From the NCBI GenBank assembly GCA_016188005.1, contig JACPIQ010000095.1:13066-77065 (forward strand): a stretch of 64,000 nt of DNA, given 5' to 3'. This document shows, piece after piece, positions 37,735 through 47,466 of this stretch (within the stretch, counting starts at the first letter, position 1; each line of letters opens with the position of its first letter). Made by a program: the position numbers and the translations under genes. The notes beneath the pieces are model-generated. The model saw nothing but the letters and a program-made list of their open reading frames with translations. It was not told the DNA's origin and ran no database searches. Source of the DNA: Candidatus Rokuibacteriota bacterium. GTDB taxonomy: Bacteria > Methylomirabilota > Methylomirabilia > Rokubacteriales > CSP1-6.

Positions 37735-38654
37735 TGGCGGGTCCCCCGCAGTACAAGTGGTTCTTCGAGACCACTACGCCCGTCGAAGGCCACATGCACG
37801 CCATCTCCCGGACCATCACCAGCCTCCAGACCAAGTTCCAGTTCATGGAGATCATGGAGACCCATTCCTACGGCAAGGTCCTGGTCCTGGACGGGCGGAT
37901 CCAGTCGAGCCAGGCCGACGAGTTCATCTACCACGAGGTCCTGGTCCAGCCCGGCCTCCTGGCCCATCCCCACCCCCGCCGGGCCATGGTCATCGGCGGC
38001 GGAGAGGGGGCAACGGTCAGGGAGGTTCTCCGCCACCGCTCCATCACCGACTGCCTCATGGTGGATATCGACGCCGAGGTGGTCGCCGAGTGTCGCAAGC
38101 ACCTGCCCGAGATGCACCGGGGCGCCTTCGATGACCGGCGCACCCGCCTGCTCCACGAGGACGCCCGGGCGTATCTCGAGAAGACCTCCGACCGCTTCGA
38201 CCTGATCGTGATCGACCTGGTGGAGCCCCTGGAGGAGGGGCCGGCCTGCCTGCTCTTCACCAGGGAGTTCTACGGCCTGGTGCGGGACCGGCTCACCGAC
38301 GAGGGCGTGATGACCATGCAGGCCGGGATGACCAAGGTCAACGAGCTGTTCTTCTTCGGCGCCGTCAACCGCACGCTCCGAGAGGTCTTCCCGGTGGTGG
38401 CACCCTATCAGGGTTTCATCTCCTGCTTCGGGACGCCGTGGGGTTTCGTCCTGGCCTCCAAGGGCGCCGACCCCCGTCGCCAGACGCCGGAGGAGGTCGA
38501 CCGCCTTCTCGCCCTCCGCCTGGACCCGACGGCCCTCGGGTACTGGAACGGAGCTGCTCACCTGCACTCCTTCAATCTCCCCAAGTTCATCACCCGGGCG
38601 ATCGAGACCAACGACCGCATCATCACCGACGCCAATCCCCTCATCGTCTCCTAG
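37734..38654 (+). CDS. speE: Polyamine aminopropyltransferase
   Basis: GKVLVLDGRIQS, EFIYHE, IGGGEGAT, VDID, DARAYL, MQAG. Confidence 0.95.
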   Translation: MAGPPQYKWFFETTTPVEGHMHAISRTITSLQTKFQFMEIMETHSYGKVLVLDGRIQSSQADEFIYHEVLVQPGLLAHPHPRRAMVIGGGEGATVREVLRHRSITDCLMVDIDAEVVAECRKHLPEMHRGAFDDRRTRLLHEDARAYLEKTSDRFDLIVIDLVEPLEEGPACLLFTREFYGLVRDRLTDEGVMTMQAGMTKVNELFFFGAVNRTLREVFPVVAPYQGFISCFGTPWGFVLASKGADPRRQTPEEVDRLLALRLDPTALGYWNGAAHLHSFNLPKFITRAIETNDRIITDANPLIVS

Positions 38655-38663
38655 CCAGCGCCC

Positions 38664-39254
38664 CTGAGCAGCGCGCCCTCGCTGATCCTCGCCTCGGCCT
38701 CGCCCCGCCGCCAGGAGCTGCTTGCCCGGCTGGGGATCCTCTTCACCGTCCGTCCGAGCCATCTCCCCGAGGTGCCGCCGCCGGAGGCCGCTCCGGCCGA
38801 TGCCGTGGTGGCGCTGGCGCTGGCCAAGGCGCGCGCCGTCGCCCTGGCGCTGCCCGCTCCCGGCGGGGTGGTGCTGGGCGCGGACACCGAGGTGGTGATC
38901 GAGGGCGAGCTCCTCGGGAAGCCCGAGGATGCGGCTGACGCGGTCCGCATCCTGCGACGGCTGCGCGGGCGAGTCCACGAGGTCGTCACGGGGCTGGCCC
39001 TCGTCGAGGCGCCTCCAGGCGGGCGGGAGGAGACCGCGTCGGTGACGACGCGCGTCCGGATGGCCGACTACGCCGACGCGGCGATCGAGGCCTATGTCGC
39101 CACCGGCGAGCCCTTCGACAAGGCTGGAGCGTATGGCGTGCAGGGGCTGGGCGGCCGGCTCGTGGCCGAGGTGGACGGGTGCTTCACCAATGTCGTCGGG
39201 CTGCCCGTCTCGACGACACGCCGGCTGCTCCGGGCGTGGGGACTCCTCCCGTGA
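38664..39254 (+). CDS. maf: Maf-family nucleotide pyrophosphatase (probable CTG start)
   Basis: LILASASPRRQELL, VLGADTEV, GKPED, DKAGAYGVQG, NVVGLP. The N-terminal motif lies upstream of the first GTG at 38772. Confidence 0.9.
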   Translation: MSSAPSLILASASPRRQELLARLGILFTVRPSHLPEVPPPEAAPADAVVALALAKARAVALALPAPGGVVLGADTEVVIEGELLGKPEDAADAVRILRRLRGRVHEVVTGLALVEAPPGGREETASVTTRVRMADYADAAIEAYVATGEPFDKAGAYGVQGLGGRLVAEVDGCFTNVVGLPVSTTRRLLRAWGLLP

Positions 39255-39261
39255 GCGGGGG

Positions 39262-40233
39262 CTATCGCGGTCGGGAGGCGAGCACTTCCTCGAGCGCCTC
39301 GGTCCTGAGCAGGCCCGAGAGCGCGCGCGGCAGGCGAACCACCGAGGGGAGGCCAGCCCGCTCGCGCGCCATCTCCACCGCGCGCTCCAGGGCGTCGGCC
39401 GTGACGCGCCCATCGGGCAGCGCGACCCCCCGAGCGGCGGCGAGCCGCGGGGCGAACTCCTCACTGGCGCCCGTCACGGCGCCGGGCAGGCGCGCGCGCA
39501 GCTCGTCGGGCGTTGCCTCCCGGAGCCGTGCCGTGGCTCTCAGCAGGGCGCGGACCAGCGGCGTCAGCTCTCGGGCGCCGAGCCGGCTGTCTGCGCGCAT
39601 GAAGAGGGCGGCGTGAACCGTGAGTCCCCCGAGCCAGCGCGCTGCCTCGTCCGCCCTCCTGAAGTCCGCGAACAGGCGGGCCTGCCGGTCCTCGAGGAGG
39701 CGGCTGGCCCAGGGCTCCCCGATCATCGCGGCGGCGACGGCGCCCGAGCCGATGGCGCCGGCCAGGCCCCGGTCGCCGTGGCTTGTGATGGTCACCCGCT
39801 GGGGCGGAACGCCGGCCCGGGCGAGCAGGAAGTGGAGGAGGGCGGACTCGGGCGTCCCCGGCGACGGGATCCCCACCGTCTTGCCCGCCAGATCGTCGAG
39901 GCCCCGGATGGAGTCGGCCCGACCGGGAGCGATCAGGAGGGCCGCGGGAGACGCCGCGGTGAGGCCGAAGACGAGCCGCGGCGGTTCTCCGCGGAGGTGG
40001 CCGAGCCGGAGCGCGGCCTCCACGGAGGTGGCGGCCAGATCGGTCCGCCCCTGGGCCAGCGCCTCGGCGGCCGCGGGCTCGCCCCGGAGGCTGCGCAGCG
40101 TGACCCGGAGCCCTTCGTCGGCGAAGTAGCCCTCGGCCTCCGCGACCCGGACAGCCAGGTACTCCGGAGAGGTCGGCGGGCCCGCCACGGCGATGCTGAG
40201 CGTGGTCTGCAGCAGGAGCATGAGACCGATCAC
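39262..40233 (-). CDS. ABC transporter substrate-binding protein (NMT1/SsuA/TauA-like)
   Basis: AEAEGYFADEGLRV, DLAGKTVGIPSPG, AAMIGEPWAS. GGAGA upstream of GTG 40233. Confidence 0.8.
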   Translation of the reverse strand: MIGLMLLLQTTLSIAVAGPPTSPEYLAVRVAEAEGYFADEGLRVTLRSLRGEPAAAEALAQGRTDLAATSVEAALRLGHLRGEPPRLVFGLTAASPAALLIAPGRADSIRGLDDLAGKTVGIPSPGTPESALLHFLLARAGVPPQRVTITSHGDRGLAGAIGSGAVAAAMIGEPWASRLLEDRQARLFADFRRADEAARWLGGLTVHAALFMRADSRLGARELTPLVRALLRATARLREATPDELRARLPGAVTGASEEFAPRLAAARGVALPDGRVTADALERAVEMARERAGLPSVVRLPRALSGLLRTEALEEVLASRPR

Positions 40234-40283
40234 GCTGTCTCCTCCGTCACCGCCATGAGTCCCACCAGGGACGGGAGGCATTC

Positions 40284-40973
40284 ATGGGCGCGCTGAAGGC
40301 GTCGCGGGATCCAGTCAAGCGCCGCCTCCTCAGTCTGCACGTGGCGCTTCTCGCGCGATTCGGGCCGCAGCGGTGGTGGCCGGCCCGGGGCCCCTTCGAG
40401 GTCGCCGTGGGCGCCATCTTGACCCAGCATACCGCCTGGAGCGCCGCGGCGCGTGCTGTCGGTAACCTGCGGTCGGCTCGCGCCCTCACGGCCGCCAGGC
40501 TGGCCGCCCTGTCCGCGCCGAGACTTCAACGACTGGTCCGCCCCGCGGGGACGTACCGGCTCAAGGCGCGCCGGCTGCGCGGCTTCACGGCCTGGCTGCT
40601 GGCGCGGCACGCCGGACGCATGGCCGCGCTCGAGGGCGAGCCGCTGGCCAGGCTCAGGGGGGAACTGCTCGCTCTACCCGGGATCGGCCCCGAGACGGCC
40701 GATTCCATCCTCCTCTACGGCGCCGGCCGGCCCGTCTTCGTGGCCGACGCCTATAGCCGGCGCGTTCTCGCCCGCCATCGCCTCGTGGCGCCGGACATCG
40801 GCTACGAGGATCTCCGCCGCTTCCTGGAAGCCCACTTGCCTGGAGATCCTCGGCTCTTCAACGAGCTGCACGCCCTCCTCGTGGCCGTGGGCAAGTCCCA
40901 CTGTGGTGCCCGCCCGCGCTGCGGCGGATGCCCGCTCAGCGGAGACCTCAGGGGCCGACGGCCTCGAGGATGA
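40284..40973 (+). CDS. Endonuclease III-related HhH-GPD glycosylase
   Basis: FEVAVGAILTQHTAW, LLALPGIGPETADSILLY, HALLVAVGKSHC..C..C. Confidence 0.88.
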   Translation: MGALKASRDPVKRRLLSLHVALLARFGPQRWWPARGPFEVAVGAILTQHTAWSAAARAVGNLRSARALTAARLAALSAPRLQRLVRPAGTYRLKARRLRGFTAWLLARHAGRMAALEGEPLARLRGELLALPGIGPETADSILLYGAGRPVFVADAYSRRVLARHRLVAPDIGYEDLRRFLEAHLPGDPRLFNELHALLVAVGKSHCGARPRCGGCPLSGDLRGRRPRG

Positions 40974-42060
40974 GCCGCGCGATGCGGTCCGCGGCATCCG
41001 GCACCGCCAGGCTCCGGGCCCGCTCACCCATGGCGCGCAGCTCGGCAGGGGTCGACAGGAGCGCCGTGATCGCCTCCAGCAGCCGCTCCGGGGTCAGCGA
41101 GACCTGGGGGAGCAGGACGGCTGCCCTCGCGGCCTCGGCCAGGCGCGCATTGGCCGTTTGCTCGTCGCCGCGCGTGCCCGGTAGCGGGATGTAGAGGGCC
41201 GGCCGCCCGAGGTGGCAGCACTCGGTGACCGTGCCGGCCCCGCTCCGGCCCACCACGAGGTCGGCGGCGGCGTAGATGTGCCGAAGCTCGGCGCCGACAT
41301 GGGGCCTGAGGGCGTAGCGGCGGCCGAGCCGCTCGGGCAGCTGCCGGGCTTGCTCCTCGAGCCACTCGAGGTCGCCCGTCTCCAGGTTGGCGCCGGCCTG
41401 GTGGATGATCTGGCCGATCTCCAGCAGCGGACCCAGGGTGGCCCCGACGGTGCGGTTGATCCTGTGCGAGCCCTGCGATCCACCGGTCACATACACCACC
41501 GGCCTGGCCGCGGTCAGGCCGAAGAGCCGGCACCCCTCCTCCCGGGAGCCCCCGAGGAGCTCAGGCCGGATCGGGTTGCCGGTGAGCACGATCCGCTCCC
41601 GGGGGAACTCCTCGCCCGTCAGCGGAAAGGTGAGCGCGATGCGACGGGCGAAGCGGCCCGCGATCCGGTTGGCAAGCCCCGGCACCGCCGTCTGCTCGTG
41701 GACGATCACGGGGACGCCCAGCGAGCGCGCGGCCAGGGCCGGCGGCAGTGCCACGAACCCGCCGGTGGCGAAGAGCAGGTTCGGGGCGAGGCGCCGGAGC
41801 AGCCGCCGCGACTGGAGGAAGCCCGTCGGGACGCGCAGGCCAAGGTCGGTGACGTTGCGCCAGTCCCAGTAGCGGCGCAGCTTGCCGGTGGCGATGGTGT
41901 GATACGCCAGCCCCGCCTCGGGCACGCGCCGGGCCTCGATGCCGTGCCGGCTGCCGATCCATTGCACGTCGGTGATGCCGTGGCGGCCGAGCGCGGCCGC
42001 CACGGCGAGCCCCGCGCTCGTGTGTCCACCCGTCCCGCCTCCGGCAATGACTATCCTCAT
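40948..42060 (-). CDS. murG: UDP-GlcNAc:lipid I GlcNAc transferase
   Basis: IAGGGTGGH, ATGGFVALP, HEQTAVPGLAN, TGGSQGS, GRSGAGTV, EQTANA. Confidence 0.92.
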   Translation of the reverse strand: MRIVIAGGGTGGHTSAGLAVAAALGRHGITDVQWIGSRHGIEARRVPEAGLAYHTIATGKLRRYWDWRNVTDLGLRVPTGFLQSRRLLRRLAPNLLFATGGFVALPPALAARSLGVPVIVHEQTAVPGLANRIAGRFARRIALTFPLTGEEFPRERIVLTGNPIRPELLGGSREEGCRLFGLTAARPVVYVTGGSQGSHRINRTVGATLGPLLEIGQIIHQAGANLETGDLEWLEEQARQLPERLGRRYALRPHVGAELRHIYAAADLVVGRSGAGTVTECCHLGRPALYIPLPGTRGDEQTANARLAEAARAAVLLPQVSLTPERLLEAITALLSTPAELRAMGERARSLAVPDAADRIARLILEAVGP

Positions 42061-42175
42061 CGGGTGCCGGGACCCGAGCCGGGCTCCGCTCCCGCGCTTC
42101 GGACCCTCGCGAGGCGGACACCTGTGCGGCCGATCAGAGCTGTGCTCACCGCGGCTCCCGATCCCTCCACGGCGC

Positions 42176-42988
42176 TCATCCGCACGCTGTCGAGGCGCTC
42201 TGGCCGGCCGCCGGCGCCAGCCCCGTGTAGCTCGCGCGCTCCAGCACGACGCCGGCCCACTCGCGCGCGACCTCCGCGTTGAGGCACGGCTCGGGCGCAA
42301 GGCCGCAGGGGGCGACCACCTCCCCGAGCAGCAGTCGCCGGATGTGCTCGAGCCTCCGCCGGGGATCGTAGCGATCGAGGAGGAACGGGGCGGTCCGGGC
42401 CTCGTGGGGCAGGCGAGAGGCGTTGAAGACCAGCGTGTCGCCCGGCTGTACCGCTTCCTGCAGGTACTGGGACACCTCTCTCCACGGCTCCTTCTGGTCC
42501 CCGCGGTAGTGGTAGAAGGTTCCCAGCGCCAGCACGGCCGCCAGGGCAGGCAGGCCGAGGCGACGCAGCAGCCGCCAGCGGGAGTCGCCGAGAGATCCGA
42601 GGAGCAGCGCCACGGGGACCACCACGACGATGAGCACGCGCTGGATGAGCACGGGCCGTACCATCAGGCTCAGCGCGGAGAGCAGCGCGATCGGAAGCGC
42701 ATAGGCGGCGACCAGGGTGTGTATGGCTCCCCGCCGCTCCCGCTCGGCGCCGGCGCCGGCCCAGACGAGCGCACCCAGCAGCACGGCGAACCACACCCAG
42801 CGGCCGAGGACCTGGCCGGTTTCGAGCCCGAGCTGGTTACGGAGCATGGCCGACAAGGGGGGGATCGGCCTGACGGTGAGGTCGTAGAACGCATCGAGAC
42901 GGTGGACCCGGATGAGGAGGGCACTCACGGTGATGGCCGCGAGGGCGAGAAGCATGGTGGAGCGCCCCGCCGCCGGCCTCGGCGTCAT
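42176..42988 (-). CDS. Membrane protein resembling the N- and C-termini of a GT-C (ArnT/PMT-like) glycosyltransferase, possibly internally deleted
   Basis: LLIRVHRLDA, several transmembrane segments, KEPWREVSQYL..VQPGDTLVF. Only 270 aa. Confidence 0.45.
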   Translation of the reverse strand: MTPRPAAGRSTMLLALAAITVSALLIRVHRLDAFYDLTVRPIPPLSAMLRNQLGLETGQVLGRWVWFAVLLGALVWAGAGAERERRGAIHTLVAAYALPIALLSALSLMVRPVLIQRVLIVVVVPVALLLGSLGDSRWRLLRRLGLPALAAVLALGTFYHYRGDQKEPWREVSQYLQEAVQPGDTLVFNASRLPHEARTAPFLLDRYDPRRRLEHIRRLLLGEVVAPCGLAPEPCLNAEVAREWAGVVLERASYTGLAPAAGQSASTACG

Positions 42989-42998
42989 GGCGGGCGGG

Positions 42999-44123
42999 TC
43001 AGCGGCGTTCGAGCGCCAGATCGATGAGCCGCGAGATGAGCGCGGAGTAGGAGAGGCCCGAGGCCTCCCAGAGCCGCGGGTAGGCGGAGGTGGCGGTGAA
43101 ACCGGGGATCGTGTTGATCTCGTTCACCAGCGCCCGGTCGTCGTCCTCGACGAAGAAGTCCACGCGCGCCATGCCGGCGCAGTCGATGGCCTGGAAGGCC
43201 TGCACGGCGAGCGCCCGCACGCGCGCCGTGGTCTCCGCCGACAGCGGGGCGGGGATCTGGAAGGTCGTCTGCCCGGCGCCGTACTTGGTCTCGTAGTCGT
43301 ACCATTCGCCGGCATAGCAGACCTGGCCCGGGAGCGAGGCCTCGGGCCTGTCGTTGCCGAGGACGGCGACCTCCACCTCGCGCCCGGAGACGGCGCGCTC
43401 CACGAGAATGCGGCGGTCATGACGGGCGGCCGCGGCCAGCGCCGCGGGGAGCACCTCGAGCGCCTTGACCTTGCTGATGCCGACGCTCGAACCCAGGTTG
43501 GCGGGTTTCACGAAGCAGGGGAAGCCAATCTGCTGTCCCAGGGCGCGTGCCACGCTGCCGGGATCGGCCGCCAACTCGTGGCGCCGCACCACCGCGTACT
43601 CGACCACCGGCAGCCCATGGGCCCTGAACATGTCCTTCATGGCGGCCTTGTCCATGCCCACGGCCGAGGCCAGCACGCCAGCCCCCACATAGGGCAGCCC
43701 CGCCAGCTCCAGGAGCCCCTGGATGGTGCCGTCCTCACCGCGGGGCCCGTGGAGCATGATCCAGACCACGTCGAGCTCGCGGGCGAGCCCGGGGGGCAGG
43801 GCCTCGCTGGTCTCGACCCGCGCCAGCGACCGGGGCTCGGCCGCTCCCGTGGCTCGCTCGGCCAGCGCGCGCTTGACGCCGGCCTCCTGTCCGCCCGCGG
43901 TGAGCGCCCGGCGCGCGGCCTCCTCGGAGAGCGCCCGGAGCGGGTCGCCGCCCACGAGCCAGCCTCCGGCCAGCGTGATGCCGATGGGGACGGGCTCGAA
44001 GCGGTCGCGGTCCATGGCCGCCATCACCGAGGCGGCCCCCGCGAGGGACACCTCGTGCTCCCCTGACTTGCCGCCGAAGATGACCCCGACCCGAAGCCTC
44101 CTGCCGCGGTGGCTTCCGCCCAT
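42999..44123 (-). CDS. ddl: D-alanine--D-alanine ligase
   Basis: FGGKSGEHEVS, LHGPRGEDG, MDKAAMK, KPANLGSSVG, WYDYETKY, NEINTIPGFT. Confidence 0.97.
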   Translation of the reverse strand: MGGSHRGRRLRVGVIFGGKSGEHEVSLAGAASVMAAMDRDRFEPVPIGITLAGGWLVGGDPLRALSEEAARRALTAGGQEAGVKRALAERATGAAEPRSLARVETSEALPPGLARELDVVWIMLHGPRGEDGTIQGLLELAGLPYVGAGVLASAVGMDKAAMKDMFRAHGLPVVEYAVVRRHELAADPGSVARALGQQIGFPCFVKPANLGSSVGISKVKALEVLPAALAAAARHDRRILVERAVSGREVEVAVLGNDRPEASLPGQVCYAGEWYDYETKYGAGQTTFQIPAPLSAETTARVRALAVQAFQAIDCAGMARVDFFVEDDDRALVNEINTIPGFTATSAYPRLWEASGLSYSALISRLIDLALERR

Positions 44124-44135
44124 GGCTCCCTTGTA

Positions 44136-45401
44136 TCAGATCCGCCGGGGAGTGCGGGAGAGATCCCTGAAGCCCACTGCGATGGGGCCCAGGAGGGCGC
44201 CAGCGCCCAGGAGACCGAAGCCCCAGATCCATGCGCCGTCAGCCGAGGCGCCGAACCGCGGCGCCCAGTCCAGCGCCACCCCGAAGGCCACGGGCCCCAG
44301 CGCGCCGAGGCTGAAGCCCACCGTGGATTGCAGCGCCATGGTGCGCCCGAGGTACACGGGCTCGGCGTGATCGGCCACTCCGGTGGAGATGATGGCGGAC
44401 TCGGCGGTGACGAGGATGCCGTAGAGCAGCCCCAGCGCCACGAGCGCTCCCCACGACCAGGAGAGCGCCCAGCCCATGGTGAGCGAGCAGGCCGCCGAGA
44501 GCAGCATGAAGGCGCTGATGGGCCTGGCGCGTCCCAGGCGGTCCGACAGGAGCCCGGAGAAGGGATGGGGCAGCGCCCCCACCGCCAGCACCGCCGAGCC
44601 CGCCAGGGCCGCCGTGCGCGTGGCCTCGGCGAGATCGGCCCCCTTGGCCACGAGACTCGCGGTGAAGAAGGGCACGATCCAGCCGCGCATGCCCATGAGC
44701 TCCCAGGTGTGGCCGCCATAGGCCGCGATGAGCCGGACGGCCGAGTGATTCCTCAGCACAGGCCCCAGTCCGGCTCGCGGCTGGCCCTCGGCTGAGGCGG
44801 GCTTCGGCACCACGGCCATGCCCCGGGGCAACACGAACCAGGCGATGATCCCCCCGGCCAGCGGTCCCATGCCGGTGACGGCGAAGGCCCAGCGCCACCC
44901 CCAGTGCGCATACGCCCAGGCCGTGACGAGGAGCGAGACGGAGGTGCCGATGGTGAAGGCGCCGATGTAGCAGCCCATGGCGAAGCCGCGGCGGCCCGAG
45001 GCGAAGCGCTCGGCCACCAGCCGCATGCCCGGCATATAGGTGCCGGCCAGCCCGAGCCCCACCAGCCCGCGCAGCGCCAGGGCCGACACGAAGCCCTCAG
45101 CCCAGAAGGCGAAGGCCACGCTCGTGAGGCCGGCCCAGAGCGCGCTCAGGAGGTAGATCCGCCGCGGCGGCATGTAATCCGTGAGCGTGGCCAGGATCGC
45201 CACGGCCGCGATGTAGCCGACCTGGTAGAAGCCCGTGATGGTCCCAGCCTGGGTGTCGGAGAGGCGCCATTCCAGCTTGAGGAGCGGCAGCAGCGCGGTG
45301 AAGTTCGAGAAGACGAGGAGCGTGCCGAGCTCGGAGGCGCAAACGGCGGCGAGCCACGGGCCGCGGCTCACCGGCGGCCCCGCGCCCGCTGCTCCCTCCA
45401 C
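44136..45401 (-). CDS. MFS transporter
   Basis: About 12 transmembrane segments, [22 protein letters not shown]. Confidence 0.9.
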   Translation of the reverse strand: MEGAAGAGPPVSRGPWLAAVCASELGTLLVFSNFTALLPLLKLEWRLSDTQAGTITGFYQVGYIAAVAILATLTDYMPPRRIYLLSALWAGLTSVAFAFWAEGFVSALALRGLVGLGLAGTYMPGMRLVAERFASGRRGFAMGCYIGAFTIGTSVSLLVTAWAYAHWGWRWAFAVTGMGPLAGGIIAWFVLPRGMAVVPKPASAEGQPRAGLGPVLRNHSAVRLIAAYGGHTWELMGMRGWIVPFFTASLVAKGADLAEATRTAALAGSAVLAVGALPHPFSGLLSDRLGRARPISAFMLLSAACSLTMGWALSWSWGALVALGLLYGILVTAESAIISTGVADHAEPVYLGRTMALQSTVGFSLGALGPVAFGVALDWAPRFGASADGAWIWGFGLLGAGALLGPIAVGFRDLSRTPRRI

Positions 45402-46708
45402 TGGCGGAGCCGCGCCGCCAGCTCCTTCTCGAGGCCGCGCTCCGTCGGGCGGTAGTAGATATGCCCGCGGAGCGCCTCGGGCAGGTGCTCCTGGTCCACC
45501 TGCGCGTCGGGGGCGTCGTGGGCGTACTGGTAGCCCTGGCCGTAGCCGAGATTGGCCATCAGCCCCGTGGGCGCGTTGCGGAGATGCAGCGGCACAGGCT
45601 CCGACGGCCTGTCACGGATGTCGTCCTTGACCTGGTTGTAGGCGACGTAGATGGCGTTGGACTTGGGCGCCAGCGCCAGATAGCAAGCCGCCTGCGCCAG
45701 CGCCAGCTCCCCCTCGGGGGTCCCGAGGAAGTGATAGGCCTCCCTGGCGTCGAGCGTGACCCGGAGCGCCTGGGGGTCGGCATTGCCCACGTCCTCCGAG
45801 GCGAAACGCACGAGCCGCCGGGCGACGTAGAGGGGATCCTCGCCCGAGTCCAGCATGCGCCCGAGCCAGTACAGCGCGCCGTCCGGATCCGAGTCGCGCA
45901 GGGACTTGTGCAGGGCGGAGATGAGGTTGTAGTGCTCCTCGCCCGACTTGTCGTAAAGGAGCGCCTTCCGCTGGGCGGCTTCCTGGATGGCGGCCTCGGT
46001 GATCCGCCCGCAGGATGTGCCGGCCGGCCGGGCCGATTCCAGCGCCACCGCCAGCTCGAGGATGTTGAGCGCGCTCCTGGCGTCGCCATTGGCGAGCCGG
46101 GCGACAAGCCGGAGGGCGGCGGGGTCGGCCACGACGGCGCTCTTCCCCAGGCCGCGGTCGGCGTCGCCGAGGGCGCGCTCGAGGAGGCCCACCACCACGT
46201 CCTCGCCGAGGGGATGAAGGACGTAGACGCGGCAGCGGGAGAGCAGGGCGGCGTTCACCTCGAAGGACGGGTTCTCCGTGGTGGCGCCCACGAGCACGAG
46301 GCTGCCCTTCTCCACGTGGGGGAGGAAAGCGTCCTGCTGGGCCCGGTTGAAGCGGTGGATCTCGTCCACGAAGAGGATGGTGCGCCGCCCCGCGCGCTGG
46401 CGCTCGATCTCGGCCTCGGCGGTCACCTGGCGGATCTCCTTGACGCCGGAGAGCACCGCCGAGAAGGTGGCGAAACGCGCGCCCGCCACCTCGGCCGTGA
46501 GCAGCGCGAGCGTCGTCTTGCCGGTGCCCGGCGGGCCCCAGAGGATCATGGAGTGCAGCGAGCCCTCCTCGAGCGCGCGGCGCAGGACCTTTCCGGGGCC
46601 CAGGAGATGGTCTTGTCCCACCACCTCGTCGAGCCCACGTGGGCGCATGCGGTCGGCCAGCGGGGCAGGCGGGGGCGTACGGGGCGCCGGCGGGTCGAAG
46701 AGATCCAC
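45368..46708 (-). CDS. rarA: Replication-associated recombination protein A
   Basis: [57 protein letters not shown]. Confidence 0.96.
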   Translation of the reverse strand: MDLFDPPAPRTPPPAPLADRMRPRGLDEVVGQDHLLGPGKVLRRALEEGSLHSMILWGPPGTGKTTLALLTAEVAGARFATFSAVLSGVKEIRQVTAEAEIERQRAGRRTILFVDEIHRFNRAQQDAFLPHVEKGSLVLVGATTENPSFEVNAALLSRCRVYVLHPLGEDVVVGLLERALGDADRGLGKSAVVADPAALRLVARLANGDARSALNILELAVALESARPAGTSCGRITEAAIQEAAQRKALLYDKSGEEHYNLISALHKSLRDSDPDGALYWLGRMLDSGEDPLYVARRLVRFASEDVGNADPQALRVTLDAREAYHFLGTPEGELALAQAACYLALAPKSNAIYVAYNQVKDDIRDRPSEPVPLHLRNAPTGLMANLGYGQGYQYAHDAPDAQVDQEHLPEALRGHIYYRPTERGLEKELAARLRQWREQRARGRR

Positions 46709-46731
46709 GCCGGGATTATACCCGCCGGCAC

Positions 46732-47367
46732 TCAAGCGAGCGCGGCGGCGAGATCCAGCAGGGAGGCGATGGACGCGGTGATGGCGACACCGCGGCGGGC
46801 CAGCTCGGCGTGGTCGCTCCGGTAGGCGATGAAAGGCACGCCGCCGGCCTGGGCGGCGAGCCCATCCACCCAGGAGTCGCCCACCATGACGATGCGCTTG
46901 GCCCCGGGCCAGCGCTCCCGCACCACGCGGAGGCCGTCGGGATCGGGCTTGAGGTGGCGCACGTCGTCGCGCGTGACGATCAGGTCGAGGTGCCTGCCGA
47001 GGCCGAAGCGGGACAGGACAAAGTCGGCCGCGACGCGATCGTTGTTGGTCCAGACGGCCGTGGCGAAGCCGACAGCCTTCATGGCCGCCACGGCCTCGAC
47101 CGCGAAAGGCTCGAGGCTCGCCTCCTGCATGGCGCGCCGCTCGTGGGCGACGGGGATGGCGAGCACGTCGGCCTCCAGCTCGGGCGCCTCGCGCCGGACC
47201 AACGTCAGCAGCTCGGGCGCCGACCAGCGCAGCTCGCGCGCCGGGACGGCGAGGCCCCGGGCGCGCATCAGCGCCTCCATCTCCCGGCCCACCGCGCGCA
47301 GGTCCAGCGGCGAGGAGACGAGGGTGTGGTCGAGATCGAAGACGCAGACGGCAGCCGGAGCGAGCAC
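46732..47367 (-). CDS. HAD-superfamily hydrolase
   Basis: [24 protein letters not shown]. Confidence 0.9.
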   Translation of the reverse strand: MLAPAAVCVFDLDHTLVSSPLDLRAVGREMEALMRARGLAVPARELRWSAPELLTLVRREAPELEADVLAIPVAHERRAMQEASLEPFAVEAVAAMKAVGFATAVWTNNDRVAADFVLSRFGLGRHLDLIVTRDDVRHLKPDPDGLRVVRERWPGAKRIVMVGDSWVDGLAAQAGGVPFIAYRSDHAELARRGVAITASIASLLDLAAALA

Positions 47368-47466
47368 GCCAACAGGGTAGCAGATTTCCCGGCCGGGGCG
47401 GGGGGCCCTCCCCGCGGAACACGCTGAGTCGCCACGCGCGTCAGCTCTCGAGAGGGGATGCGGGCT

